A DNA stretch of 64,000 nucleotides from Candidatus Cloacimonadales bacterium (GCA_963667035.1 OY762964.1:2816001-2880000); one strand, 5' to 3'. Positions 19,536 to 30,056 are shown, counted from the stretch's first letter. Translations and numbers: made by a program. The notes: generated by a model not told the origin, from the letters alone.

Positions 19536-21754
19536 TGCCTAGTAAAAAGAAGAAAGTAAATAATAAAACACCTAACAAATTTGCTACCAGAGTTGAGTTT
19601 ACAATACTAACATTGTTTGCTATTCTTGTGATAGTATTAGTTTTTATATCATTATTGCAATCTCATAACTCAGTTCTGATGGATTTCTCAAATATTGATA
19701 ATGAATCATACAACCTTATAAATCCGATCGGAAAAATGGGTGTGTATGCTTCGTATGGAATATCTTTGTTTTGGGGACATTCTTATAGTTTAGTTCTGAT
19801 TTTGAGCTTGTTGATTATTATGCCAATATGCTTATTCACTAAGACTATTAAATCTCCTTTAATCAAACTTATAGCTAAATTAAACATTTTTGCTTTATCA
19901 TTACAGACTCTTGTTGCTATAGGTAATCATAAGCATTCAATTGTTAATGGATTAATTAGCTATAGCATTAACACTTTTTTGAAGAATACTTTTAATGTAA
20001 TCGGTGCTATAATTATTTTAGCTTTTGTAAACATTGTAGCACTAGGATTTCTAGTAGGATTTGATAGGTTTGTAAATATCTTGAATTTCACAAAAAAAAA
20101 TGAACCAAAAACTAAGAAAGAGAAAAAAAAGGTTAAAAAAGAGAAAGTAAAGGTAGTTGATGAGTCCGATATAGATTTGCAATTAGATAAAGTTGAAATA
20201 CCTGAGATTGTTATTAACAATCATAAGGATTATAAAGAAGAGACGAAGTTAACAGAATCAAAGATTGTGAAAGATAGCAAAAATGACAACTTTGAAATAG
20301 TTGATTATGTATTACCGGATGTAAATGAGATTTTAACTTCACCCCCAAAAACCAATAAGAAAACTAAAAATGCTACTGAAGCAGAAATAAAGCGAATTAG
20401 TTCGGTTTTAAAAGAAAAATTATCTGAGTTTGATATTGATTGCGATGTTATAAATGTGAATGTAGGCCCGATAATTACTCAATATGAGTTAAGGCCAGCC
20501 CCTGGTGTTAAAGTCAATAAGTTTACTCAGTTAGTAGATGACTTAGCTTTAGCATTAAAAGCGAAATCGATAAGAATACAAGCACCTATTCCTGGAAGAG
20601 GTTTGATAGGAATTGAGTTACCTAATGAAGATAGAGATGTGATTTATTTGAAAGATGTGATAATGTCGGAATCAGTTAAATCATCTAGTTTTAAACTTGG
20701 AATTGCTTTAGGTAAGGATATTTCCGGTATGCCTGTTATGGGCGATTTAGCAAAGATGCCTCATTTGTTAGTTGCAGGAGCTACTGGATCGGGTAAAAGC
20801 GTTTGTGTTAATACAATTATTACAAGTTTAATTTTTAAAAAGCGACCTGATGAACTAAGAATGATACTTATAGACCCTAAGCGTGTTGAACTTGCTCCTT
20901 ATGCCACAATTCCTCATTTGATAGGAGATGTTGTAACTGATCCTGATAATGCTTTGGAGAATATGCAGTGGGCAGAAAATGAGATGGAGAGAAGATATTC
21001 ATTACTCCAAGAGTTGAGAGTAAGAGATATAATCTCATATAATAATAAAGTAACTAAGATAAATCAAAGTTTAAAGGAAGATGAAAAAAAAGAGCACTAC
21101 AATTTACCCTATATTGTTATTATTGTTGATGAATTCGCTGATTTAATAATGACTGCAGGGCGCGATATAGAACTTCCAATAACAAGATTAGCACAAAAAG
21201 CTAGAGCTGTAGGGATACACTTAATACTAGCAACTCAACGACCTTCAAGAAAGGTAATAACAGGATTAATAAAAGCAAATTTCCCTTCAAGGATATCTTT
21301 CCAAGTATCTTCAAGAGTTGAATCTAGTATCATTTTGGACACTACAGGGGCAGAAAAACTTCTTGGAAGAGGTGATATGCTTTATTTACCTGCTGGAACA
21401 GGTTTCCCAGAAAGAGTGCATGGGTGTTTTGTTTCTGATGAAGAAGTTGTTGAACTATGTGATTATCTAGAAACTCAACCTAAACCAGTTGAGATTGTTG
21501 TAAAAAAAGATATTGGTGATAATGAGATAACTTTGGATTATGATGACGACATATTCCCTGAAGCAGCTAGATTAGTTGTTGAAAATAATATGGCTTCGGT
21601 TTCAATGTTACAGAGACATTTTAAAATTGGATATGCACGAGCTGGTAGACTAGTTGATATGTTAGAATCTGCTGGAATTGTCGGACCTCATTTAGGAAGT
21701 AAATCACGTGAAGTAATAGCAAAGCAAGAGGATTTAGATAGATATGGATTATAG
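19535..21754 (+). CDS. ftsK: DNA translocase FtsK
   Basis: N-terminal TMs, PHLLVAGATGSGKS, IVDEFADL, ILATQRPS, gamma domain SMLQRHFKIGYARAGR. Confidence 0.98.
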   Translation: MPSKKKKVNNKTPNKFATRVEFTILTLFAILVIVLVFISLLQSHNSVLMDFSNIDNESYNLINPIGKMGVYASYGISLFWGHSYSLVLILSLLIIMPICLFTKTIKSPLIKLIAKLNIFALSLQTLVAIGNHKHSIVNGLISYSINTFLKNTFNVIGAIIILAFVNIVALGFLVGFDRFVNILNFTKKNEPKTKKEKKKVKKEKVKVVDESDIDLQLDKVEIPEIVINNHKDYKEETKLTESKIVKDSKNDNFEIVDYVLPDVNEILTSPPKTNKKTKNATEAEIKRISSVLKEKLSEFDIDCDVINVNVGPIITQYELRPAPGVKVNKFTQLVDDLALALKAKSIRIQAPIPGRGLIGIELPNEDRDVIYLKDVIMSESVKSSSFKLGIALGKDISGMPVMGDLAKMPHLLVAGATGSGKSVCVNTIITSLIFKKRPDELRMILIDPKRVELAPYATIPHLIGDVVTDPDNALENMQWAENEMERRYSLLQELRVRDIISYNNKVTKINQSLKEDEKKEHYNLPYIVIIVDEFADLIMTAGRDIELPITRLAQKARAVGIHLILATQRPSRKVITGLIKANFPSRISFQVSSRVESSIILDTTGAEKLLGRGDMLYLPAGTGFPERVHGCFVSDEEVVELCDYLETQPKPVEIVVKKDIGDNEITLDYDDDIFPEAARLVVENNMASVSMLQRHFKIGYARAGRLVDMLESAGIVGPHLGSKSREVIAKQEDLDRYGL

Positions 21755-22361
21755 AAAAATTGTCGTTTTCACACTATTATTAGTAAATAGTGTTTTGTTT
21801 AGTATCTCTGATAATGATGCTTATTTAAACATAAGAAATGCTTATAATGATTTGAGTCACTTTACTGCGGACATATCTCAGATAAACACATTTCGTAGCG
21901 AAGATATAAAAATTGAATCACAAGGTGTTTTCTATTACAATAAAGATAGAATTGCAATTAAATACACTAAGCCTCAGATTCAAGAAATATACATGAATGG
22001 TAACAAGGTTCTTTTCTATGATAAAGATTCTAATTCTTGTATTGAACTACAAAATAATGAAAGCCAAACGATGCTAAATCCATTGTACATGATTGATAAG
22101 TATTGGAAGTATTCCGATAAGAAGATTGAAAAAAGAAAGGAAGATTACAAAATTGTTTTAAGACCATTACAAGAGAAGGATTTTACTCAAATTGATGTTT
22201 ATATTGATAAGAAAACTTTTCTTGTTATTAAATTGGTTTATACTGATATAGGTGAGAATATTGTGGAGATAAGCTTTAAGAATATTAACACAATAGATGA
22301 AGTCAGTGAAGACATCTGGAAGCTCAATCTTCCCGATGATGTGAAATATATTAAACGATAA
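21744..22361 (+). CDS. lolA: Outer-membrane lipoprotein carrier LolA
   Basis: Signal peptide, FTADISQ...YTKPQIQEIY pattern, and conserved ftsK-lolA adjacency. Confidence 0.8.
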   Translation: MDYRKIVVFTLLLVNSVLFSISDNDAYLNIRNAYNDLSHFTADISQINTFRSEDIKIESQGVFYYNKDRIAIKYTKPQIQEIYMNGNKVLFYDKDSNSCIELQNNESQTMLNPLYMIDKYWKYSDKKIEKRKEDYKIVLRPLQEKDFTQIDVYIDKKTFLVIKLVYTDIGENIVEISFKNINTIDEVSEDIWKLNLPDDVKYIKR

Positions 22362-22372
22362 GGAGAATTAGT

Positions 22373-23428
22373 ATGATTGGGCTTATTATTGCTGGTGGAA
22401 CAGGTACCAGATTTTGGCCGGCAAGTCGCAAAAGTTTACCTAAGCAATATCTAAATATTTTAGGTGACGACAGCATGATTAAAATGACAGTTAACAGACT
22501 GTTAAAGAAAATTCCAATTGAAAAGATATATATCAGTACAACTTCTGCCCAAGTAGAATTAGTCAAAAGGGAGCTACCTGATTTACCTAGACGCAACATA
22601 ATAGTTGAGCCAATGGGGATGAATACAGCTCCATGTATAGGTTTAAGTGCTAAATATATTAAGAGATTTGAAGACAAGAACGAAACAATGATTGTACTAC
22701 CGTCTGATCATCTTATAAAAGATGAAGAAGGGTTTATTAAATCTATTGAAATGGCAACTAAACCGGCTACTGAAGGATATCATGTAACTTTCGGTATAAT
22801 TCCGGCATATCCGGCTACAGGGTATGGCTACATTGAATCTTCCGATTTATACGATAATGGGATGTTCCACGTGAAACAGTTTAAAGAAAAGCCTGATCAT
22901 GTGACTGCAAAATACTTCATAGAACAGGGGAACTTCTACTGGAATAGTGGTCAGTTTTGCTGGACTCTAAATACTATTGATAATAGCTTCAAAACGAAGC
23001 TTCCCAAAGTTGAATCTATATTGAACATGATAGAAAACAAATGGCAGGAAGAGGGTGTAGAGGCAGATATCAGTGAGTTGTATAGTCAAATGCCTAAGAT
23101 ACCTGTTGATATCGGTATTATGGAACAAGTAGAAAAGCGCATTGTAATTCCAGTAGAATATGGATGGAGCGATGTTGGATCTTGGAGGGCTCTTGCTGAT
23201 ATTACTGATGCAGATATAAATGGAAATACATTCTTCGGAGATCACATATCTTTAGATAGCAGAAATAACTATATAAGAACTAAAAAATTTGTGGCTTTAA
23301 TTGATATGGATGATGTTATTGTTGTAGAAACAGAGGATGCAATACTTATTACAAATAGGAAGAAAGCTGAGTTAGTAAAGAATGTAGTAACTAAACTCAA
23401 GGATGATAATAAGGAACATCTGCTTTAA
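22373..23428 (+). CDS. manC: Mannose-1-phosphate guanylyltransferase
   Basis: IAGGTGTRFWPASR..PKQ, EP.GMNTAPC, PSDH, FKEKP, WNSG, WSDVGSW. Confidence 0.95.
   Translation: MIGLIIAGGTGTRFWPASRKSLPKQYLNILGDDSMIKMTVNRLLKKIPIEKIYISTTSAQVELVKRELPDLPRRNIIVEPMGMNTAPCIGLSAKYIKRFEDKNETMIVLPSDHLIKDEEGFIKSIEMATKPATEGYHVTFGIIPAYPATGYGYIESSDLYDNGMFHVKQFKEKPDHVTAKYFIEQGNFYWNSGQFCWTLNTIDNSFKTKLPKVESILNMIENKWQEEGVEADISELYSQMPKIPVDIGIMEQVEKRIVIPVEYGWSDVGSWRALADITDADINGNTFFGDHISLDSRNNYIRTKKFVALIDMDDVIVVETEDAILITNRKKAELVKNVVTKLKDDNKEHLL
22863..22878. promoter_or_regulatory. parS site embedded in manC
   Basis: TGTTCCACGTGAAACA, a perfect match to the parS consensus; read in frame as MFHVKQ. Confidence 0.85.
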
Positions 23429-24247
23429 TGATATGGCTAATACTTAGCATAATCTGTTCTGCAAGTATAGCTAACCTTCTAAAGTTTTATAAAAAAGCAA
23501 GAAAAACTACCGATTTTGGTAGTTTTTCTTGCTAATTACATTCTTGCAACAATTCTAAGTGGCTATTTAGCTTTTCCCTTTCCAACAGTTGTTTCAGCAC
23601 CTGTCATTATACTGGGTACCTCTATTGGCATCCTATTTGTTATTAGCTTTCTATTCTATCGGTATAGCATTATGATAAATGGTTTTCATTAAGTGTTTCT
23701 GTCATGAGAATGTCTCTTGTTATACCTGTATTTTTTTTTCTCTAATAGTATTTGATGAAAGGCTCAAGCTAATTAATTATTTATGAGTTATATTATCTAT
23801 AAGTGTATTTCTCTTCATGGGAAAGAAAAATAGATTAGATAATTATATGTGGCTTGTAGCTTTATTTGTTACTATTGACTTAAGTGATTTAGGCATGAAA
23901 TTTTTAAAGAGATTAGTAATGAATCTGACACTTTTTTTCTTAGTAATTGTATTTGGTGCAGCTCTATTAACAGCTTTAATTATAAACATTGCAAAAAGGA
24001 CAAAGGTTGAATTTAGATTTCTATTATGGGGATTGCTACTTGGAATTCCAAACCTGTTAACATCATTATTCTTCTTAAAAGTTTAAATGGATTACCTGCT
24101 ACAATTGTTTATCCGATCTTTGCTTCCTGAGTCATAATTATTGGGATAGCGGCAGATATTTTTATTTGGAAAAGTAGAATTGACAATAGGAAAGCTTTTT
24201 TTAAATTGTAAATTATCATTGGTGTTATATAAATTAATATTAAATAG
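23428..24247 (+). pseudogene. Degraded EamA/DMT-family transporter
   Basis: Hydrophobic reading MIWLILSIICS...VFLANY...SLSVSVMRMSLVIP...GIPNLLTS...LPATIVYP can be stitched only across several frameshifts and in-frame stops (TGA 23784, TGA 24128). The 89-aa ORF 23817-24086 is one fragment. Confidence 0.8.
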
Positions 24248-24249
24248 AG

Positions 24250-24627
24250 GTGATTATGTATAGAATTAATGTACGATCTCATTTTTCTTCAGCTCATAAG
24301 TTGAATGGCTATGAAGGTGCTTGTAAAAATATGCATGGACATAATTGGAAAGTAAGATTAGAGATAAGTTGTGCAACTGTTGATGAAATTGGTATGGCTA
24401 TGGATTTTAATGATGTTAAAAAGTATCTTGATGAGTTAATGGAAATGCTAGATCATAAAGTGTTAAATGAGTTACCGCCATTTATTGACCAAAACCCAAC
24501 TTCGGAGAATATAGCAAAGTGGTTATTTGAAGAGTTTGAAAAGAGAATCAATTCAGATACAAGAAGTATTCATGAAGTAGAGATATGGGAATCGGAAAAA
24601 TCATCTGTTATATACAGTAAAAATTAA
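24250..24627 (+). CDS. queD: 6-carboxytetrahydropterin synthase
   Basis: FSSAH, CKNMHGHNW, LDHKVLN, NPTSENIA, IWESE. Confidence 0.95.
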   Translation: MIMYRINVRSHFSSAHKLNGYEGACKNMHGHNWKVRLEISCATVDEIGMAMDFNDVKKYLDELMEMLDHKVLNELPPFIDQNPTSENIAKWLFEEFEKRINSDTRSIHEVEIWESEKSSVIYSKN

Positions 24628-24629
24628 TT

Positions 24630-25241
24630 ATGCTTAGGATAGTTGATTCCAGTTTTATTAAGAGTTGTACAAAACCTGAGCATTATCCGACAAATCCTTT
24701 TGTGGACATTGCCTTTGCAGGTAAATCTAATGTCGGAAAATCTTCTATGGTTAATACTCTTGTGAAAAGAAAGCTTTTAGCTAAGAAGAGTAATACTCCA
24801 GGAAAGACAAAGCTGATAAACTATTTTCAAATCTCACTCAAAAAAGATGATATTGAAGAAACTTTTTACCTGAACTTTGTTGATTTACCTGGTTATGGAT
24901 TTGCAAAAGTCGGTAAATCCGAAAAAGAATCATGGCGGAGAATGATAGAACAGTACTTCAGAGAAAGAACTCAGTTGAGAGCTGTCTTCTTACTGGTAGA
25001 TATTAGACATAAAGCAGATTCTAAAGATATTTTAATGATAGAAATGCTTGAGAGTATGGAGATACCATATTGTCTTGTTGCTACTAAATCTGATAAAATC
25101 CCAAAGAATAAAATTCCTGCTACGTTAAAAAGTCTTAAGAAACAATTGAATAGTAATACGGATAAATTATTTGCTTTTTCAAGTTTAAACAAAACCGGTA
25201 CACTTCCTATTTTGGAATGGATTGAATCTGAGGTTCTATAA
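24630..25241 (+). CDS. engB: Ribosome biogenesis GTPase EngB/YihA/YsxC
   Basis: GKSNVGKSS, TPGKT, DLPGYG, TKSDK. Confidence 0.96.
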   Translation: MLRIVDSSFIKSCTKPEHYPTNPFVDIAFAGKSNVGKSSMVNTLVKRKLLAKKSNTPGKTKLINYFQISLKKDDIEETFYLNFVDLPGYGFAKVGKSEKESWRRMIEQYFRERTQLRAVFLLVDIRHKADSKDILMIEMLESMEIPYCLVATKSDKIPKNKIPATLKSLKKQLNSNTDKLFAFSSLNKTGTLPILEWIESEVL

Positions 25242-25412
25242 TTACTGCTTAATACCGGACTTAATTCGAAGCTCAAAATGAGAATAAATTTCAGCGTTAT
25301 GTGTCTTGTTGATGTTGTGGGTAGGGTTTGTTGCTAAAATGTAAGAATGAGCGTTTATGGAGCTTTGGGGTGTTGGTTGTGTATGTTAGCTATCTATCCA
25401 ATGTATAAAATG

Positions 25413-25439
25413 AAAAGCCTGTCAACTAGACAGGCTTTT
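25413..25439. terminator. Bidirectional intrinsic terminator
   Basis: AAAAGCCTGTC-AACTA-GACAGGCTTTT between convergent genes. Confidence 0.9.
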
Positions 25440-25458
25440 ATTATAACTATTACTTTGC

Positions 25459-27159
25459 TTAGAAATCAAAAATGAAATTGATATTTCTTTTTTGTTTCTT
25501 AGCTTTTATTTTCTCTATCTTTAACTGTTCTTTTTCTTTTTCGTGATCAAGAACCATTTGCATAGTTTCTTTCTGATAATCAAGTTTAGCTTTTTCAAGT
25601 TCAAGTTGACGCTTCTTTTCTCTTTCGGCAAAAGCAGCTTCTCTTCGAGCTGTTGCTGCAGCTGCGAGTTCCTTTCTTATTTTAGAAATCATCTGGGCAG
25701 CTTCTTTAATTTCGGAATCTCCATGAGTAACTGTTGTTAAAACAGCAAGAGCATCTCTAGGATTACCTGTATTGTAAAGCTTCTTTGCTTCGGTTAATCT
25801 TTCTCTGCTATTAGTAGCAAGAATTTCATCTATATTAGCATCTGCTATCATTTCATCAAACTCACGTTTCTTAACGTTGACTTTATTGTATGATTTGATG
25901 ATGGCGTCTTTTTCATTCTTCTTGCTTAAACCTTTAGCTTCCAGAGTATAATTACCAACAACTTTATTGTTGTATTTTGTACTAAGACTAAGAGAAACTT
26001 CAGTAGTTACCATGGTTTGCATGGCTCCTGCACCTTCTATTTCCTTAGTATCAATAACATCAACAATACCTTCCAGTTTTAAAGGTGATTTATCATTTAA
26101 GACATAACCAAGTTTAGTTAGTCCTTTAGATACTTTATCAAATACTTTTGGAACCGGTTTTCCTTTGGTGTCTATAACTGAGAGAGTGAAGTTAACAGGT
26201 GCTTGTTGAACAACTTTATAGGAGGCTTTATCTTCAAGTCCTTTTGCTTCTTTTGCATAAGCTCTTGGAATTTGATATAGGTTGATTTTTCCTCTATATT
26301 CACCGCGTTCTTCATTTCCTAAAGCTTTAAGATATGCCTCATACTTACCATTATCATCAGTATATCCTCTTTCGATTACTTCTTTATTCTGATAAATGGC
26401 GATAGGAATATTAGCTAAAGGAACTCTATCACTGTTTTGTTTTGTAGTTACTTCAAAAACAATAGGATTTAAAAGCATTGAACCTGACTTTGCTACCTGA
26501 TTGTCACCATCAACAACCTTAATATCAAGACTGGCTACTAAGTTTCTAATTTCACTATCAACGATAGGGAAAGTTATTGTTTTGTCCAAATTATATGTTG
26601 AAGAAGATAGATTATCATAAAGAGATTTCTTAGAATAGAAAACTGTTAGCATCTGTTCACAGCTGACATAATCCTCGATAGCAACAACAAGATTTCCCTC
26701 TTGAACGGCATTCTGAGCATTGTTATAAAGAGATGTTATTGATTCCCATAATGGATCAAGTTCTTCTTTCATTGCGTTGAGCAATTTATTCTTTTCAAGA
26801 ACAACTAAAATATAGTGTAAATTACCTTCTTGATCTCTTCTAACTATTTCAGCACCTCTGAGGTTACCTTCAACAGTTACTTCACTAGCACGTGACATTA
26901 CTTCAGAAAAGAATTCGTCGTTATCAACTTGTAAACTGGTGGTCAATACTGAAATTTGGTCTTTTACAGTTGTTTCCATTTGACCGGCAATGTTAGAAAA
27001 AGCATCCATTCTTGCTTCTTCGTGGGTAGAGCCAACACCACCACCAACGTAATAAGCATTTTGAGGATAGCCAGCAGCTTGGGGATTATCATACCAAGTT
27101 GGTGCTGCAAACAGCATTGCTATCCCGCAAAGCAATAAGAAAAGGGTAAGTTTCTTCAT
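25459..27159 (-). CDS. Secreted protein with an N-terminal LPP20-like domain and a C-terminal coiled coil
   Basis: Signal peptide, APTWY...YYVGGG...EEARMDAFSNIAGQM pattern, charged helical tail. Confidence 0.6.
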   Translation of the reverse strand: MKKLTLFLLLCGIAMLFAAPTWYDNPQAAGYPQNAYYVGGGVGSTHEEARMDAFSNIAGQMETTVKDQISVLTTSLQVDNDEFFSEVMSRASEVTVEGNLRGAEIVRRDQEGNLHYILVVLEKNKLLNAMKEELDPLWESITSLYNNAQNAVQEGNLVVAIEDYVSCEQMLTVFYSKKSLYDNLSSSTYNLDKTITFPIVDSEIRNLVASLDIKVVDGDNQVAKSGSMLLNPIVFEVTTKQNSDRVPLANIPIAIYQNKEVIERGYTDDNGKYEAYLKALGNEERGEYRGKINLYQIPRAYAKEAKGLEDKASYKVVQQAPVNFTLSVIDTKGKPVPKVFDKVSKGLTKLGYVLNDKSPLKLEGIVDVIDTKEIEGAGAMQTMVTTEVSLSLSTKYNNKVVGNYTLEAKGLSKKNEKDAIIKSYNKVNVKKREFDEMIADANIDEILATNSRERLTEAKKLYNTGNPRDALAVLTTVTHGDSEIKEAAQMISKIRKELAAAATARREAAFAEREKKRQLELEKAKLDYQKETMQMVLDHEKEKEQLKIEKIKAKKQKRNINFIFDF

Positions 27160-27174
27160 TAAAAACCCCTTTGT

Positions 27175-28452
27175 TTATTCATAAACAACTTTGAGAAGTA
27201 TAAGCTTACGATTTATGTTTACTCTTTTCAAACCTCCGTCAAGACCTGCTTTTTTGAAAGCTTTCTTAATTGCACGGTATACTTGGCTTGATTTATCATA
27301 TTCACTTGCATCAGCCCAAATAAGGTAGTCAATAGTCTGATTTGTAACGATATTCTCTTTTGATTTCTTAGCCATTTCATCAACTGCATCCATGAAAGCA
27401 AACTGAATTTCTTCTATTTCATCTTCATCAAAACCGGTGTCTATTGCCACAACTATTTTATACTGAACACCCTTGTTGAGATCTTCTTTCCAGTAATTAT
27501 TAATTCTGTTAAGAACATTGGCTATAGGCTGACTTAAAGCTTCTTCAATAGAAACCATGATGTCACCCTTGCGTTCTCTTGAATAACCTGTTTCAGTACC
27601 AAGTAAACGACCTGTAGTTGTTTCATAGGCTCTAACTTGTACAGCAAACTTCTGAGCACCGTAACCGGCATCTTCAACTGATCCACTATAAGTAATATAT
27701 ACATCTGAACCAATAGATAAAGCTAACTGGTATGCATAATCTTCTTCTTGTCCGCCTAAATCCATCTGAGCTTCATTAAGCTGATTGATTTGGTCCATCT
27801 GTTCAGGAACAGACACTTCATATTGACGAGCAGTAAGATAACTTTCAATAACTGAAGCAGAATGTTTTACAGTAGGGTCATTTCTAAGCATTTCTACAGG
27901 ATTTTGACCTTTTGTTGTTGCAGGAAGAACCATGATTATCGGGTTACCGACGGAGTCTGCAAGTTCGCTTCTACTTGCAACTACGCCTTTAGCAGCTAAG
28001 TTTTGTTTTAACAAACCAACGTTTACTTTGTAAGCTTTAGTAATCTTACGGCCCTTTCCATTATCCATTGAAACGCTTTTAAGCATTTTGGGAGATTCCC
28101 AAGCTATGTATTTTGTAACATTTGCATTTGATAAGAAATCTTCTACGACTGCATCGAATTTTGCTCTTTCATCTGCATTGGAAAGAAGAGGATCCGTTCC
28201 GCCAGTTAATACAAAATAAACAGCAGATTTTCTTCCATCTTCAAGAGCCTTTGTTACACCGTTTTTCTCAACATCTTTTTTAGCTTTTCTGTCACTGGAT
28301 TCACTTGATTTGTAAATACCACTTGCTTGAACCATAACTTCTGAAGAAGATATTTGCTCAACCATTGTAGCTTCCTTACAAACCGGAATTCCGGCCCATA
28401 AACTAAGGGACATTAAGGCTGCTAATAACACAGCTAAAATTACTTTTTTCAT
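27175..28452 (-). CDS. Secreted DUF6175-like protein
   Basis: Signal peptide; NPIIMVLP and DVYIT...RAYETTTGRLLG motifs recalled from DUF6175/CsgG-like proteins. Confidence 0.55.
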   Translation of the reverse strand: MKKVILAVLLAALMSLSLWAGIPVCKEATMVEQISSSEVMVQASGIYKSSESSDRKAKKDVEKNGVTKALEDGRKSAVYFVLTGGTDPLLSNADERAKFDAVVEDFLSNANVTKYIAWESPKMLKSVSMDNGKGRKITKAYKVNVGLLKQNLAAKGVVASRSELADSVGNPIIMVLPATTKGQNPVEMLRNDPTVKHSASVIESYLTARQYEVSVPEQMDQINQLNEAQMDLGGQEEDYAYQLALSIGSDVYITYSGSVEDAGYGAQKFAVQVRAYETTTGRLLGTETGYSRERKGDIMVSIEEALSQPIANVLNRINNYWKEDLNKGVQYKIVVAIDTGFDEDEIEEIQFAFMDAVDEMAKKSKENIVTNQTIDYLIWADASEYDKSSQVYRAIKKAFKKAGLDGGLKRVNINRKLILLKVVYE

Positions 28453-28811
28453 TTATAACCTCCATTGATATATACAGACAGTGTTAATTTACTCTTATAA
28501 GTATTAATAATAGTTTTTGTCAAGCTTTCTATAACGCATTGGATATGCTCTATATTTATGATATTGCAAATGAAAAAGTAAAGTATCCCTTCTTGTATAT
28601 AAAATTTGAGGTATTCCGGATATATTATTTGCGGTATCGCAAAAGCTATTCGGTTTTTAATCACACATTTTGAGTTAATTACCTCAATTGAATATTTTGA
28701 CCGTAAGTATAATCATTCTCTAATTCTTACTTCTACATTAATGCTAAATTGTAATTGACGCTTTTCCACAATATGGGAGATTAATCCGATAAAAATTGTT
28801 TCGGAGGTTAT

Positions 28812-30050
28812 ATGCGAGAGATTAGAAAGCTGGCAAAAGAGCAAATTCGTGAAGTTTTAGAAATAGTTAGCAGGGCTTATCCGACGATTGATTTAAGCTC
28901 TGAACAGAAGATAGAAGATTTTGAAAGAAGAGTTCTGGAAGGTTTTGATATAATCTCTCGTGAATGGTTTGGTTTGTTTGAAGATGACGTATTGTTAGGT
29001 AACATGGTACTATATGATTTCACGATTAACTATTATGGTAAAGATATTAAGGGATGTGGGATTGGTTTTGTTGCTGTCGATTTTCTGCATAAAAAGCAGA
29101 AGATTTGTAGAGACATGCTTCAGTTCTATTTAAAGCTATCAAAAGAGAGAGGATATCCACTTGCTCTTCTTTATTCATTTCGTCCTGATTTCTATAAGAA
29201 AATGGGCTTCGGTTACGGCACTTCATGTTTCAACTATGTAACTTGTCCGGATAGATTACCTAAAACAGATAAGAATTACCCATTCAGATATTTAAGAATT
29301 AGTGATTTGGAGTTAATCAAAAGTTTCTATGGTAATCTCTATAAAGATAATCATGGTATGATAGTCAAGAATCCCAAAGAGATAGAGACTATGTTAAAAA
29401 CACCAGGTATCACGGTTGTCGGTTATGAAGAGAACGGGATTCTATTATCTTTATTATCTTTCAGTATGCATGAAATTCACGGAACCAACGAAACTTCCAA
29501 TATGGATTTAGAGATGCTATTCATAAACTCAAAAGGATTGAAAGCTTCTTTGAATTTTCTTCGCAATCAAGCCGATCAGGTAAGTAAGATTGCTTTCTCC
29601 ACGCCATTTAAGAGCTTCTATTTTAACATGGAAGATATTAGGCACATGGATAAAAGAATCCTTAGAGAACCAGGTTTCCATCATACATTTGATTCGGGTA
29701 TGGGAATAATGTATAGAGCTTTAGACCCTGTTAACTTAATCATCAACAGACCTGTTGAAATAGATAACATTAAGATACGTTTTCTACTTACGGATAGTTT
29801 CATGCCTGAGAATGAAACCGATTTTATAATCTGTTGGAATGATAACAACCCTTCATTATCAAAAGATTCCAATTATGAGCTTGAGTTAAAGATGGATATA
29901 TCGGATTTCTCATCATGGATTATGAATTCAATAGATATCTCGACAATGCATCAATACGGTCTGGTAGAAATATCAGACGAAACATATCTCGACACTTTAA
30001 TTAAAGCTTTCTTTTATAAACAACAACCGATCTGTTTACAGAGATTTTAA
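28812..30050 (+). CDS. Eis-like GNAT acetyltransferase
   Basis: GIGFVAV...LYSFRPDFYKKMGFG GNAT motifs, ~410 aa with an SCP2-like C-terminus. Confidence 0.85.
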   Translation: MREIRKLAKEQIREVLEIVSRAYPTIDLSSEQKIEDFERRVLEGFDIISREWFGLFEDDVLLGNMVLYDFTINYYGKDIKGCGIGFVAVDFLHKKQKICRDMLQFYLKLSKERGYPLALLYSFRPDFYKKMGFGYGTSCFNYVTCPDRLPKTDKNYPFRYLRISDLELIKSFYGNLYKDNHGMIVKNPKEIETMLKTPGITVVGYEENGILLSLLSFSMHEIHGTNETSNMDLEMLFINSKGLKASLNFLRNQADQVSKIAFSTPFKSFYFNMEDIRHMDKRILREPGFHHTFDSGMGIMYRALDPVNLIINRPVEIDNIKIRFLLTDSFMPENETDFIICWNDNNPSLSKDSNYELELKMDISDFSSWIMNSIDISTMHQYGLVEISDETYLDTLIKAFFYKQQPICLQRF

Positions 30051-30056
30051 AACTGC

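Noticed and set aside
23784..24130. Two TGA codons at apparent Gly positions in the EamA remnant, suggesting genetic code 25
   Set aside because: TGA ends intact genes here (surA 11053, fmt-region and others read normally under code 11), and the remnant also has frameshifts and TAA stops. GGA-to-TGA decay is the simpler explanation.
25319..25326. KOPS-like GGGTAGGG (also GGGAAGGG at 42756-42763) on the plus strand
   Set aside because: Two hits cannot establish skew, and the FtsK motif in this lineage is unknown.
28762..28770. Isolated DnaA-box match TTTTCCACA next to the TTGACG before the GNAT gene
   Set aside because: A single relaxed 9-mer is expected by chance in AT-rich DNA.
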